Shown here: positions 19,908 to 31,065 of the stretch, one piece after another
How positions within the stretch are numbered: the first letter of the stretch is position 1
How the letters are laid out: each line of letters begins with the position of its first letter
Assembly: GCA_051532035.1 (NCBI GenBank)
Contig: JAOPTW010000014.1
Span: 32,001 to 96,000 of the forward strand
Direction of reading: 5' to 3'
Length of the DNA stretch: 64,000 bases
Origin: Fibrobacterales bacterium
GTDB taxonomy: Bacteria > Fibrobacterota > Fibrobacteria > Fibrobacterales > JAOPTW01
The notes under the pieces: generated by a model
The model's database searches: none
Told to the model about the DNA's origin: nothing
What the model saw: the letters and a program-made list of their open reading frames with translations, nothing else
Position numbers and translations under genes: made by a program

Positions 19908-22889
19908 ATGAAATTAACTAAGCAGACTCGCAAGCTCTTAATCACATCCATTATTGCGTTTGTCATTCCCTTTGCCCTTAATTTTTTCGGTTCATTTAGC
20001 TTAAATCAGCAATATATTACCACACTCGAAAATGCCCTCTACGACACCTCTTTTCGATGGTTCATGGATGACTCATTTGAAGAACCTAACTTTGAAGAGG
20101 TAGAATCGCGTATTGTATTTGTTGATATTGATGAAACATCACTCTCCAAACTGGGCCCTTATTGGCAGTGGCCCCGCACCCACCACGCCGAAGTAGTCCG
20201 ACAACTCAGCAGAGGTGGCGCAGCAGCAATCACCTTTGATATTCTCTTTAAGAAAGCATTTTTTGGTACCTCAAAAACCGATCAAGCAGTACACATGCTT
20301 AAAAATGTACTTCCTAACATAAACTGGGATACTTACTACGAAGACATCCGTCCCTATTATAATCATGACTCTATATTTGTCTCAGAAGTTGCCGAAGCAG
20401 GTAATGTCGTCGTTGCTGCTACCGTCGGCCGTTCTGTCATGTACCTTCACGAATCCCAGTGGCGCCCTCTTTCGACCCCTGCATGGAACGATACTATTAG
20501 CCCACACTCGGCGTATGTCACTGCTCAAAAATTTAACATAAACAACTGGGATATTCTCGACAACGTTTTTCCTGAACTCGGCCAAGCAGCTCATACCATT
20601 GGTCTCGTAAATGTTATTCCCGACGAAGATGGAGTCCACCGCTCTGAATACCTCCTCCAAGGATTCCCCAATCCCAGTATTAATTTCAGTTATACGCCAG
20701 GACTCTACCCCGTTATAGCGCTGCAAACAGCACTACTGGCAACAGGAACATCTCCACAGGATATATCTATTGACCCTGGAAACTCCCTCAAAATTGGTCC
20801 ACCAGTGACCCTCATTAAAGATTCACTCGGGGCACTGACAACCAGTTACCCAAACCTCACATGGACTATGTTAAGGGAACTCTTAAAAAAGAGAGAAGTG
20901 ATTCGTAGTCAACAAGAAAACGACACCAATTTTAGCCACCTCACCGTTGCAACACAAGTTATAGTCACGAAAGAAAAGAGTGGTACAATACAAGCCGACA
21001 TTTTTGATGCCCAGACCCTATCAAACGCAATGATCCAAGGGATACTCAACACTCCCTCACTCGACTCACTTTTACACGGCCCCAAAGATGAAGAGCACCC
21101 CCTCTCTCATGGAGTAACCCTGAGCTATGACGAAGACGAATCACTCTTTATGCTCACCGATGACGCAGATGATGAGACCTATATAAACCCCTATGTGGTG
21201 CAAACACTCCAAGAAGGGGCTCAAAAAATAGCATTACTTCCAGCGGGTCAAGTTGCCCATCTCGCAAGCAATCTGACACTCTATCGTCATCAATACACGG
21301 GGGCCTATCAATCAAACTTTATTCTCTTAAACAACTCAGCAATTAATGCGCTGTTAGATCAGAGTATTGAGGACATTAACACCCTCCCCAATGGGAGTAG
21401 ACTTTCACTCGGCGACTCCCTCCTCATCCCCATCACTGATCAAGGGCGGATGCGAATCAATTTTAGTCACCAATCTCGTAATACCTATGCTGGCCGTTCC
21501 AACAAAGGATTTGCAACAATATCTTACTATGACGTAGTCTCTGGCCGTATTGATCCTGGGTATTATCAAGGTAAAATTTTCATTCTGGGTTCATCTGCAG
21601 CGGCCCTTATGGATATTGTCTCTGCAGCACCTTCGAGTGATTTCCCCGGCGTTCTGATTCACCTTAACATGCTCGAAAATATTTTAAATAGTAATTACAT
21701 TCGGTTCATTGACGACAATCTATTGATAGTACTGATGCTCCTCTGTAGTATTTTCACCACATTTTTAGCTTCATATATCCGGCCTTACATTACCGTAATT
21801 CTAGTTGCTATTGCAGGCCTCGTCCTCTTTATCTACAATCTAGAGACCATGATCAATGGCACCTATCTGGCACTTGCAAAACCCTATCTTGTGCTGATAT
21901 TCTCTCTCTTTACCACAATAATATTCCGCTATATATTCGAAGAGCGTGAAAAGAAACAGGCGGTCGATGCATTTAAAAACTACATATCTCCTGAGCTCAT
22001 TGACGAGCTACTCGCCAATGATCAAAAACCTTCACTCGGTGGGGAAGAAAACTTCCTAACCGCCTATTTTACCGACATCCAAAGCTTCTCCACCTTTTCT
22101 GAAAAAATTGGATCACCATCAAAACTGGTTGAACTGCTCAATGAATATCTAACCGCAATGACCAACATACTCCTTGAGTACCAAGGAACCCTGGACAAAT
22201 ATGAAGGGGACGCCATAATAGCCTTTTTTGGTGCTCCAGTAAAAATTGACTTTCATGCCCAAGCTGCCTGTAAAGCTGCCCTACTCATGCAAGACAAGCT
22301 GGGAGAGCTCAGAGAGCTTTGGGCATCGCAAGGCGACAAATGGCCAGTGATCGTGCATCAGATGCGTATGCGTATCGGCATCAACTCTGGTCAAATTGTA
22401 ACGGGTAATATGGGATCAACGGTGCGCATGAACTACACCATGATGGGCGATGCAGTAAACCTTGCTGCACGATTAGAATCAGGAGCAAAACAATACGGCG
22501 TCTATACCATGTGCTCACAGGAAACACTCGATGCTACTGATGGAACAATTTTAGCCCGTGTAGTAGATATCCTACGAGTAGTGGGCAAATCCGAACCCGT
22601 TACCACTTACGAGCTCCTTGCTCTTGAGAATAATGTAACTGATAGCCTTACCGAACTTGTTGAAAAATTCACTCAGGCACGCGCACTCTATACCGCAACA
22701 AAATGGAGTGAAGCCGAAGCGCTCTTTATCGAATGCTTAGCTCTTGAACCTCATCACCCTGATAGAGCGCCAGGATGTAAAACAACTCCATCACACCTTT
22801 TTATTGAGCGCTGTCAAGAGTATGCCACTCAACCTCCAGTACCTCAAGGCGAAATTTGGGATGGTGTATATACTGCTACTGAAAAATAG
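19908..22889 (+). CDS. CHASE2-domain class III adenylate cyclase
   Basis: IVFVDIDE..L..LG..QWPR CHASE2 start, PGVLIH, three TM helices, FTDIQSFS, DKYEGDA and NYTMMGDAVNLAARLE. Lys/Thr specificity residues indicate ATP substrate. Confidence 0.92.
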   Translation: MKLTKQTRKLLITSIIAFVIPFALNFFGSFSLNQQYITTLENALYDTSFRWFMDDSFEEPNFEEVESRIVFVDIDETSLSKLGPYWQWPRTHHAEVVRQLSRGGAAAITFDILFKKAFFGTSKTDQAVHMLKNVLPNINWDTYYEDIRPYYNHDSIFVSEVAEAGNVVVAATVGRSVMYLHESQWRPLSTPAWNDTISPHSAYVTAQKFNINNWDILDNVFPELGQAAHTIGLVNVIPDEDGVHRSEYLLQGFPNPSINFSYTPGLYPVIALQTALLATGTSPQDISIDPGNSLKIGPPVTLIKDSLGALTTSYPNLTWTMLRELLKKREVIRSQQENDTNFSHLTVATQVIVTKEKSGTIQADIFDAQTLSNAMIQGILNTPSLDSLLHGPKDEEHPLSHGVTLSYDEDESLFMLTDDADDETYINPYVVQTLQEGAQKIALLPAGQVAHLASNLTLYRHQYTGAYQSNFILLNNSAINALLDQSIEDINTLPNGSRLSLGDSLLIPITDQGRMRINFSHQSRNTYAGRSNKGFATISYYDVVSGRIDPGYYQGKIFILGSSAAALMDIVSAAPSSDFPGVLIHLNMLENILNSNYIRFIDDNLLIVLMLLCSIFTTFLASYIRPYITVILVAIAGLVLFIYNLETMINGTYLALAKPYLVLIFSLFTTIIFRYIFEEREKKQAVDAFKNYISPELIDELLANDQKPSLGGEENFLTAYFTDIQSFSTFSEKIGSPSKLVELLNEYLTAMTNILLEYQGTLDKYEGDAIIAFFGAPVKIDFHAQAACKAALLMQDKLGELRELWASQGDKWPVIVHQMRMRIGINSGQIVTGNMGSTVRMNYTMMGDAVNLAARLESGAKQYGVYTMCSQETLDATDGTILARVVDILRVVGKSEPVTTYELLALENNVTDSLTELVEKFTQARALYTATKWSEAEALFIECLALEPHHPDRAPGCKTTPSHLFIERCQEYATQPPVPQGEIWDGVYTATEK

Positions 22890-23059
22890 TTGGATGAGCT
22901 CTTGTAGAAATATCGTTGTTCTCAGTTTAATGCACGATTAAGGGATTTAGTTAAATTGAGATATTAATAGCATCACCACATCCATCACCCAATTTCACCC
23001 CTTGCATTTCTCTTATTAACATGATATACTGAATTATCACCATAATTTAATGAGTTACC

Positions 23060-25480
23060 GTGAAAGATTTGCCACTCCCCTATTCCTTAACACAATGCCC
23101 CGTTAGCAAACGTGAAATAACCTATCTAGATCACTTTTTAAACATACCTATAAATGAAAGCTACATTTTCAACATCAGAAAAGTGGGACCTTCTATATTA
23201 TACATCAGTTGCTCAGGTAACCTTAAAGAAACAAATGCAGAAATATTTTTTCAACTTGTTGATGAATTTATTCAAGAAGCAAAGGTCAAATTACCCTACA
23301 TTGAAATTCATGATTTCACTGACATTACTGGGCATCTTTCATCTAAACAGGTAATGCTCAATAAAAAAATTGTAAGTGAACGCAGCTCCAAAATTGCAGG
23401 AGTCATCTACCTCAACGCACCTTTTTGGGTTGGAAAACTTACACAGATTGGGCTCTCAACATTTAAAAAGTCAATTCCTTTTGTACGGAAAAAAACGTAT
23501 AAAGAAGCAATTAACGTAGCCAATTCATTGCTAGAATATAATAACGATACAAAGGTTGTATACCATTTTTCAGATTTAGTTTTTAAGAGAGAGTGGGAAT
23601 ATATGGATAGGGATATTGGATTTGGATATATCACCGGTATGATCCCTGGTACCATTCTATTTTCATCATTGATAGGTGAATACAATTTAGAGAATGTAAA
23701 AAAACTTGTTCCCCATCTTGAAAAGATATTTGCTACAGGGCATTTCACGAATAAATCATATATCAGAATTGCAGAATATTCTGGAATGAACAAATCAAAT
23801 GCTGCAGGTAGAAATCTTTATGCCAAAACAATTAAAGATCTCAATGAAAAATATAATTGTTCACCGCATATCGCCTATATCTGTAATGCAAGTATTATTG
23901 CAAGAACTGCTCTTAAAATTTACATTACATTTGTCAGGCAAAAACTTGAATTTGTGAATAACGTAGAGCAGGCTTTTAATAAAATAAATAGGCTTGAAAC
24001 AGTGAGCAGCTCTCATAAACGTAATATTGCAATAAGCGTTAATGACATTGAAGAGATCAGTGCAATGAGTAGCACATTAATGTGGGAAGAGTCTTTTGGT
24101 ACAACATACTTGTCACCAAATAACCCTCTGAAAGAGCTTGCGATAACTCTTGAAATAGTTCATGATGAGATTAATAATCTTCGCGCAATTGAGGCAAAGC
24201 AGACTGAAGAACTAAAGGAATCGCTTAGAACCACAGAAGAACTTGCTCGTAACCTCCATATCGCAAAAGAGAAGGCCGAGCTACGAGAAAAAGAGGCTAA
24301 AGAACTGAGACAGAGCGCAGAGATGGCAAACCGGTCAAAATCGGAATTCCTAGCCAACATGTCACACGAGATACGAACCCCTATGAATGGTATTATCGGT
24401 ATGACAGGGCTTCTCCTCGATACTCACCTAGATGCTACCCAAAACCAATATGCTGAAGCTGTAAATATCAGCGCACAATCACTACTCACTATCATCAATG
24501 ATATCCTTGATTTCTCAAAAATAGAAGCGGGGAAACTCACCTTAGAAACTATCCCTTTTGAAATAAAGGAGATTGTGCACCACTGTGAAGAGCTCCTCAC
24601 ACTAAAAGCTCAAGAGCGAGAGAATACACTAGACTTCACCGTTGACAATGCCATTCCAAAACTTTGCTTAGGGGACCCCGGTAGAGTACAACAGATTTTG
24701 TTTAATCTGGTAGGAAATGCTATTAAGTTCACACAAAATGGAGCCATTACGGTAAAAGTAACACACGAAATAGAAACAGATAAAACAGATACTATTCGTA
24801 TGTCGGTTGCCGACACTGGAATTGGGATTTCTGAAGCAGTTCAAAATAAGCTTTTTGAAAAATTTACTCAAGCCGATGGCTCAACAACACGGAAATTTGG
24901 AGGTACAGGCCTTGGCTTATCAATTTCAAAACAACTCGTTGAAATGATGGGCGGAACAATTGGCATTAACTCCACCCTCGGTGAAGGGGCTGAGTTTTGG
25001 TTCACTCTCAAACTTAAAAAAGCAGAAGTCAACTCCAAGGACACATCAACTCAGGCAAACACCTCTCTCCCTTTATCAAACTCAACTATTGATTTTTCGA
25101 ACAAAGCTGTACTTCTTGCCGAAGACAACCTTATAAATCAACAGTTGGCTATTGGGCTTCTTGCCAAAACAGGAGTAAAGCTCGACATGGTAGAAAATGG
25201 TAAACTCGCAGTTTCAGCCATAGAGTCATCTCGGTATGACCTCATCCTTATGGATGTACAGATGCCTGAAATGGACGGCATCGAGGCAACACAATTAATA
25301 CGCCACTACGAAAGACAAGCTCAAAGACCTAAAACCCCTATCATTGCAATGACCGCAAATGCCATGCAGGGAGACCGTGAAAAGTGCATTGAAGCAGGTA
25401 TGGATGATTATCTCACCAAACCCATTCAGCCCTCAGCACTCTACGAGGCCCTCAACAAATGGATAATTCACTCGTCCTGA
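23060..25480 (+). CDS. Cytoplasmic hybrid sensor histidine kinase (HisKA-HATPase-REC) with tandem N-terminal STAS/SpoIIAA-like domains
   Basis: [37 protein letters not shown] and [14 protein letters not shown]; no TM segment. Confidence 0.9.
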   Translation: MKDLPLPYSLTQCPVSKREITYLDHFLNIPINESYIFNIRKVGPSILYISCSGNLKETNAEIFFQLVDEFIQEAKVKLPYIEIHDFTDITGHLSSKQVMLNKKIVSERSSKIAGVIYLNAPFWVGKLTQIGLSTFKKSIPFVRKKTYKEAINVANSLLEYNNDTKVVYHFSDLVFKREWEYMDRDIGFGYITGMIPGTILFSSLIGEYNLENVKKLVPHLEKIFATGHFTNKSYIRIAEYSGMNKSNAAGRNLYAKTIKDLNEKYNCSPHIAYICNASIIARTALKIYITFVRQKLEFVNNVEQAFNKINRLETVSSSHKRNIAISVNDIEEISAMSSTLMWEESFGTTYLSPNNPLKELAITLEIVHDEINNLRAIEAKQTEELKESLRTTEELARNLHIAKEKAELREKEAKELRQSAEMANRSKSEFLANMSHEIRTPMNGIIGMTGLLLDTHLDATQNQYAEAVNISAQSLLTIINDILDFSKIEAGKLTLETIPFEIKEIVHHCEELLTLKAQERENTLDFTVDNAIPKLCLGDPGRVQQILFNLVGNAIKFTQNGAITVKVTHEIETDKTDTIRMSVADTGIGISEAVQNKLFEKFTQADGSTTRKFGGTGLGLSISKQLVEMMGGTIGINSTLGEGAEFWFTLKLKKAEVNSKDTSTQANTSLPLSNSTIDFSNKAVLLAEDNLINQQLAIGLLAKTGVKLDMVENGKLAVSAIESSRYDLILMDVQMPEMDGIEATQLIRHYERQAQRPKTPIIAMTANAMQGDREKCIEAGMDDYLTKPIQPSALYEALNKWIIHSS

Positions 25481-25607
25481 TCTACATTTTATACCAGTAT
25501 CAAACCTGTATCATTCAATTTCAAAGGTATATTCATACCCCTGCTCATTGCCATGCCATGCATTTTAATCTACATTTAGGCCCATATAACAAAAAAAGCT
25601 ATTACTT

Positions 25608-26654
25608 ATGATTTTACCATATGAGAAAGAGTTAACCGAAGGGCAACTTAAAGAAGTACGCGCTATCGCTGCTGAGTTTGATGTAACTATTCAGTCTATT
25701 GCCGGTTCACAAAAAACAATTTATGCAATAATTGGTGATGAAACATCATCACTCCTGAGAAACAGAATTGAAGGCCTTGACTACATCGATAAAATTGACT
25801 CGATACAAGCACCTTACAAAATTTTGGCCAAAGATAGTGAGATGGCATCTCACAAACATCTGATCAATGGCAAAGAACTGGGAAAAGAGTTTGTGGTATT
25901 TGCAGGACAATGTACTGTTGATATTAACAACCCTAATTTCTTCATTGAGACTGCCCATGCTGTTAAAGAAGCTGGCGCTGATCTAATTCGTGGTGGCGTA
26001 TGGAAACCCCGTACCTCTCCCTACTCATTTCAAGGATCCGAAAAAGGTCTCGAAACTCTGTTAAGAGCAAAAGAAGAGACTGGCCTTGGTGTTGTTACTG
26101 AAGTGATGGAACTTGAGCAAGTGAAACTTTGTGTTGAAGCAAAAGTTGACTGCTTTCAAGTCGGCGCTCGTAATGCACTGAACTACAAGCTCCTTCAACA
26201 AATTGGACAACTTACCCACAACACTGACACTAAAGTACTCTTAAAGCGTTCTATCCACATGGGTAAGATCGATGAGTTCATCCTTGCTGCCGAATATATT
26301 GCTGGTAATGGTAATGCAAATGTAATGCTTTGCCCACGGGGAACCCTCCCTGCAGTTGATGGATACCGCAACTATCCTGATGAATGTATCACTCCACTTC
26401 TTAAAGACAAAACATGGGCTCCCATTATTGTTGACCCATCGCATAGTGTTGGTAAAGCGAAATACGTTCCTAATGCTGCTATGGCTGCCGCAGCCTATGG
26501 TGCTGATGGTGTAATCATTGAGACTCACTGTAATCCTGTTCAAGGTATCGGTGATGATCCTAAACAAGCGATCACTCCAGAAACTCTCGTAAAACTGATT
26601 CCTCAACTCAGAGAGATTGCGGCTAACGCACGTGAGTTCAGAAACTCACACTAG
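25608..26654 (+). CDS. aroF: 3-deoxy-7-phosphoheptulonate (DAHP) synthase, type I-beta with N-terminal ACT-like domain
   Basis: AGQC, RGGVWKPRTSPYSFQG, QVGARN and VDPSH. Confidence 0.9.
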   Translation: MILPYEKELTEGQLKEVRAIAAEFDVTIQSIAGSQKTIYAIIGDETSSLLRNRIEGLDYIDKIDSIQAPYKILAKDSEMASHKHLINGKELGKEFVVFAGQCTVDINNPNFFIETAHAVKEAGADLIRGGVWKPRTSPYSFQGSEKGLETLLRAKEETGLGVVTEVMELEQVKLCVEAKVDCFQVGARNALNYKLLQQIGQLTHNTDTKVLLKRSIHMGKIDEFILAAEYIAGNGNANVMLCPRGTLPAVDGYRNYPDECITPLLKDKTWAPIIVDPSHSVGKAKYVPNAAMAAAAYGADGVIIETHCNPVQGIGDDPKQAITPETLVKLIPQLREIAANAREFRNSH

Positions 26655-26673
26655 GCACTGCAGATATTATTTT

Positions 26674-26708
26674 AAAAGGCGTTTTTCATTCAGAGAAACG
26701 CCTTTTTT
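26674..26708 (+). terminator. Intrinsic terminator
   Basis: AAAAGGCGTTT...AAACGCCTTTTTT. Confidence 0.85.
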
Positions 26709-26782
26709 ATATCCTCACTTGTGAGAACAGACTCTACTATAGTACATTTGAAAGAGCTCTTTATTCTGACGGTAAGACCCCT

Positions 26783-28153
26783 ATGCATTCTACTGCAGTA
26801 CATTTTCACGAAACACATTTTTCTGAAACCATTAATGCACTTGCATCGCTTGTAGCGATTCCCTCTATCAGCTTTGATGGATACCCTATTCAGGCGGTTA
26901 TTGACTCAGCCCAAGCAGTAACGGTACTCATGACCGAGTCTGGCCTCTCTAACGTTCAAGTCATTACCCTCCCGGGAGTACACCCTTATGTCTATGGTGA
27001 ACATATCGTTGATCCCACTTACCCTACAGTTCTACTCTATGCCCATCACGATGTACAGCCTCCTATGCGAACAGAGCTCTGGGATTCCGACCCATTTATT
27101 GCAACTGAAAAAGAGGGGCGGCTTTTTGGCAGAGGTACCGCCGATGACAAAGCGGGAATATTAGTTCACACCGCATCTATCAAGGCCCTTCTTGAGACCC
27201 ACACAGAACTAAAGGTGAACATAAAGGTTTTGATTGAAGGCGAAGAGGAGATTGGATCGCCTCATTTAGGGTCCTTCATAGAGGGCCATCGTGACACACT
27301 GGCCGCCGACTATATTGTCATTACAGACGCAACAAACTACGACACCGGTATTCCTACACTCACCACCTGCCTTCGAGGTATGGTGTGCCTCGACATTGAA
27401 GTAAGTGCATTAAAAAGCCCACTCCACTCCGGTCTTTGGGGAGGCCCTATCCCCGACCCCGCTATGGGTCTCAGTAAGATCCTTGCCTCACTTACACAAA
27501 GTGATGGCACTATCGCTATCCCCGAGCTCTACGATGGAATTATAGAACCAACAAAAGAAGAGATTGATTCCTACAAATCTCTAATGATGAACAACCAGCT
27601 CTTTAGAGAACAAGCAGGAGTACTCGAAGGTGTTGAGCTCTTTGGAAGTGATCACGAAATTTTATTAAAACTTTGGAAAGAACCCTCATTAATCATAAAT
27701 AGTATGGAGTCGGGAAGCAGAAAAACCGCTGGTAATGTTATTATGAATGGCGCCTGGGCTCGAGTCGGCGTACGGCTCCCCGCAGGTATTGATAGTACCA
27801 AAGCAGAGGCTGCTCTTGTTTCAAAAATAAAAAATGAATGCCCATGGGGATTAAATATTAAGATAGAGACTGAAGCAGCTGTTGATGGATGGGCAACCAA
27901 TACTCACGACCCAGTATTTGCCCAAGCAAAGCAGGCACTCACTGACGGCTATCAAAAAGAGGCTGTCTTTGCAGGATGCGGTGCATCAATCCCCCTTGCC
28001 GATGAACTTTCAACAGCACTCGGCGGTATTCCAACCCTACTTATGGGGATCGAAGACCCCTACACCAATGCTCATAGCGAAAATGAGAGTCTCCATTTGG
28101 ATGATTTCAAGAAAGCAATTAAGAGTCAAATACTTTTCATTCAAAGTTTTTAG
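26783..28153 (+). CDS. M20 family metallo-dipeptidase
   Basis: YAHHDVQP, GRGTADDK, EGEEEIGS, LHSG and AHSENE. Confidence 0.92.
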   Translation: MHSTAVHFHETHFSETINALASLVAIPSISFDGYPIQAVIDSAQAVTVLMTESGLSNVQVITLPGVHPYVYGEHIVDPTYPTVLLYAHHDVQPPMRTELWDSDPFIATEKEGRLFGRGTADDKAGILVHTASIKALLETHTELKVNIKVLIEGEEEIGSPHLGSFIEGHRDTLAADYIVITDATNYDTGIPTLTTCLRGMVCLDIEVSALKSPLHSGLWGGPIPDPAMGLSKILASLTQSDGTIAIPELYDGIIEPTKEEIDSYKSLMMNNQLFREQAGVLEGVELFGSDHEILLKLWKEPSLIINSMESGSRKTAGNVIMNGAWARVGVRLPAGIDSTKAEAALVSKIKNECPWGLNIKIETEAAVDGWATNTHDPVFAQAKQALTDGYQKEAVFAGCGASIPLADELSTALGGIPTLLMGIEDPYTNAHSENESLHLDDFKKAIKSQILFIQSF

Positions 28154-28274
28154 AAACAATAGTTCACAAATTGTGAACATAAAAGGGTACATTCTTGTTA
28201 CATATAATGACGAACTCCATTGAATAAGCTTATTTTGTTACATTGAGAGAAGGCACCTTAAGGCAATAAGAAAT

Positions 28275-30011
28275 ATGGCAAAAGACAATCTCGCGCACAT
28301 TGAGCGCCCCGCAAAAGAATTTCCCCGAACATTCGTTGATGCATCATTTACACTGACTTCGTGGAGTGATATTCTTCCCTATTATGAAAAGCTCCTTACA
28401 TTTTCCGTCGACACGGTAGAAGCCTTTAAAACATGGGCTCAGAACCGTTCAGAGTTAGAATCATGTTACCTCGAAGAGGGCACTCGTCGTTACATCAATA
28501 TGACCTGCTACACTGATGACCCTGACAATGCTGCACTCTATACAACATTTATTGAAAAGCTCGACCCTGAATTTGTCCTCTATTCAAATAAACTCGACAA
28601 GATGATGCTCGAATCACCAGTGATCAATCATGCCGATCTCTCAGAATATCAAAATTGGGTCCGATCAGTTACTACTCAAAATGAGCTGTTCAAAGAAGAA
28701 AATATTGCTATTGAAACAGAGATTGGACTTGAGGTCCAAAAATACCAAAAAGTAACCGGTGGTATGTCTGTCATATATGATGGCGAAGAGAAAACACTCC
28801 AGCAGGTACTCGCTCTTTTAAATGAGCCCAATAGATCAATTCGAGAAAAAGCATGGCGCCTTGTTGCAGAACGAAGACTCCAAGATAAAGAGGTACTCAA
28901 TACTCACTTTAACTACATGCTTGAGCGTCGACTTAAGGTAGCCCAGAATTGTGGTTGTAGTGACTATCTGGAATATATATTTAAAGCAAAAGAGCGCTAC
29001 GACTACACCCCACACGATTGTGAGCAATTTCATCAATCAATTAAAGAGGTTGTTGTACCCATCAAAAATAGAAGTGCTGATGAGCGGAAGAAACTTCTTA
29101 AGCTCGATACCTTACGCCCCTGGGATACGTCATGTGACCCACTGGGACGCCCTGCACTTAAGCCATTTACAACGCCACAAGAACTGATCGACAAAACTTA
29201 CACTATTTTTAACACCATTGACAATGAACTGGGCGACATATTTAGGTTAATGCGCGACCGTCAACTCCTCGACCTCGATAGTAGGCTCGGCAAAGCTCCT
29301 GGTGGATATCAGTGCGGCCTTGACGAACAGAGACTCCCTTTTATTTTTATGAATGCAGTAGGAACCAGTTCAGATGTTAACACTCTTCTTCACGAGGGCG
29401 GGCATAGCTTCCACCAGTTTTTTATGAAACAACTTGACCTTCTCTCATTTAGAGAGATCGGTTCAGAAATTGCTGAAGTGGCTTCTATGAGCATGGAACT
29501 CATTGGCGGTGAATACCTCAGTGAATTCTACAACAATGATGAGTTCAAACGAGCCCGAATCAACCATTTTGAAGGTGTTATTGAAGTACTCGCATGGGTA
29601 GCCATTGTCGACAGCTTTCAACACTGGATATACACAACTCCTCATCACACAAACGAAGAGCGTAATCAAAAATGGATTTCAATCCTCCGAGATTTTAAAC
29701 CCGAAGTTAATTGGAGTGACCTTACTGATGAAGAAGCCTATTTTTGGCACAAACAGCTCCACATTTTTGAAGTACCCTTCTATTACATAGAGTACGGCAT
29801 TGCACAAATTGGTGCCCTCCAAGTATATAAGAATTTCAAAGAAAACCCTTCACAGGCTCTTGCAGCTTACAAGAAAGGGCTATCACTCGGAAGCACCAAA
29901 CCACTTCCCGAGCTTTTTGAAGCGATGAACATTAAGTTTGATTTTTCAAAAGAGACCATCGAACCCCTCATGCAACTCGTCGCAGATGAGATCAACGCTT
30001 TAAAAATATAG
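28275..30011 (+). CDS. pepF: M3B family oligoendopeptidase F
   Basis: LRPWD, GKAPGGY, HEGGH, EVASMSME and HIFEVPFYYIEY. Confidence 0.92.
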   Translation: MAKDNLAHIERPAKEFPRTFVDASFTLTSWSDILPYYEKLLTFSVDTVEAFKTWAQNRSELESCYLEEGTRRYINMTCYTDDPDNAALYTTFIEKLDPEFVLYSNKLDKMMLESPVINHADLSEYQNWVRSVTTQNELFKEENIAIETEIGLEVQKYQKVTGGMSVIYDGEEKTLQQVLALLNEPNRSIREKAWRLVAERRLQDKEVLNTHFNYMLERRLKVAQNCGCSDYLEYIFKAKERYDYTPHDCEQFHQSIKEVVVPIKNRSADERKKLLKLDTLRPWDTSCDPLGRPALKPFTTPQELIDKTYTIFNTIDNELGDIFRLMRDRQLLDLDSRLGKAPGGYQCGLDEQRLPFIFMNAVGTSSDVNTLLHEGGHSFHQFFMKQLDLLSFREIGSEIAEVASMSMELIGGEYLSEFYNNDEFKRARINHFEGVIEVLAWVAIVDSFQHWIYTTPHHTNEERNQKWISILRDFKPEVNWSDLTDEEAYFWHKQLHIFEVPFYYIEYGIAQIGALQVYKNFKENPSQALAAYKKGLSLGSTKPLPELFEAMNIKFDFSKETIEPLMQLVADEINALKI

Positions 30012-30028
30012 CCCTATCGTACAATCCT

Positions 30029-30075
30029 ATATAAAGAAGGGCCCATTGAATATATCAATGGGCCCTTCTTTATAT
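30029..30075. terminator. Bidirectional terminator between convergent pepF and pgl-like gene
   Basis: Perfect 21-bp inverted repeat ATATAAAGAAGGGCCCATTGA/TCAATGGGCCCTTCTTTATAT. Confidence 0.9.
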
Positions 30076-30089
30076 TTTGCCTGTAAAAA

Positions 30090-30827
30090 CTATTCAGAGG
30101 GCTGGATTTTAGATGCCGCAGCCCTATCGACAAGCCACATCATCATACCCTCTGCGGGGTCAATATATGATGCTGGGTAGCTCATTGAAATTGCATCCAT
30201 CTTAAATATATGATACAGCGTTTCGGCACGCTCTTCTCCACTAATGAGAAAAAAGACTCGTTGTGCATTATTAAGAACATCAAGAAGCAGCGATACTTTA
30301 AGTTGCCCTGAGTGGGGGTCTTGTACCACACAGGTAAACTGCGTGGAAGCATTAGGGACAGGTATAATTTCTGGATAGAGAGACGCTACATGGCCATCCT
30401 CTCCCAAATCCAGAAGTAACAGATCGAAGCATGGATAATTATCTTTTATAGGGACAAACTCTACAAGCTCATGTTTATACCGAATAATTTCCATTTTCGG
30501 GTCAGCATCTCCATAAATTCGATGAATATTTTTTTTCGGAAGAGCAACTCGAGAGAACAATCGATCGTTAAAATAGAAGAAATTATCCCGACCATCAGCA
30601 GCGAAACATGTTTCATCGACCCACCAAAAATGAAGGCGCTCCCACACTATTGAGTGTTTAAAATCTTCACCTGAAATAATCTCAAGGATGCGAAGTACAA
30701 TCGGATTTGAGGTGAGTGCAATATGAAATGCATCTCGAGGGTCTCTTGAATAGAGCACAATTTTTTCAGCCATGAGAAATGCGATCTCTTCTGAATACTC
30801 TAAGATTGATAAATTTTGTGCTCTCAT
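30090..30827 (-). CDS. pgl: 6-phosphogluconolactonase-like protein (divergent)
   Basis: FWWVDE, NIHRI, FDLLLLDLGEDGHVASLYP and WLVDRAAA; the GGSTP loop is replaced by TSNP. Confidence 0.75.
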   Translation of the reverse strand: MRAQNLSILEYSEEIAFLMAEKIVLYSRDPRDAFHIALTSNPIVLRILEIISGEDFKHSIVWERLHFWWVDETCFAADGRDNFFYFNDRLFSRVALPKKNIHRIYGDADPKMEIIRYKHELVEFVPIKDNYPCFDLLLLDLGEDGHVASLYPEIIPVPNASTQFTCVVQDPHSGQLKVSLLLDVLNNAQRVFFLISGEERAETLYHIFKMDAISMSYPASYIDPAEGMMMWLVDRAAASKIQPSE

Positions 30828-31065
30828 CTGTAACCACGTATATAATTGATTTCAGACTTATTGTATCAATGATTCAGAAGAGGTGACAAGGAGAATATGA
30901 ACTACTCTTCATTAATGCAACATTGTAGTAAGAGGGAGGATAAAATAGATAAAACTCCTCTCTAATCTCTCAAATAGATAAACCCAATACACTGACCGGG
31001 CCTTTAAATATTTGAGGGGGCTCTGCACTAGCTCTCTTCAATACTGACCAACAAATCACCTAGAG

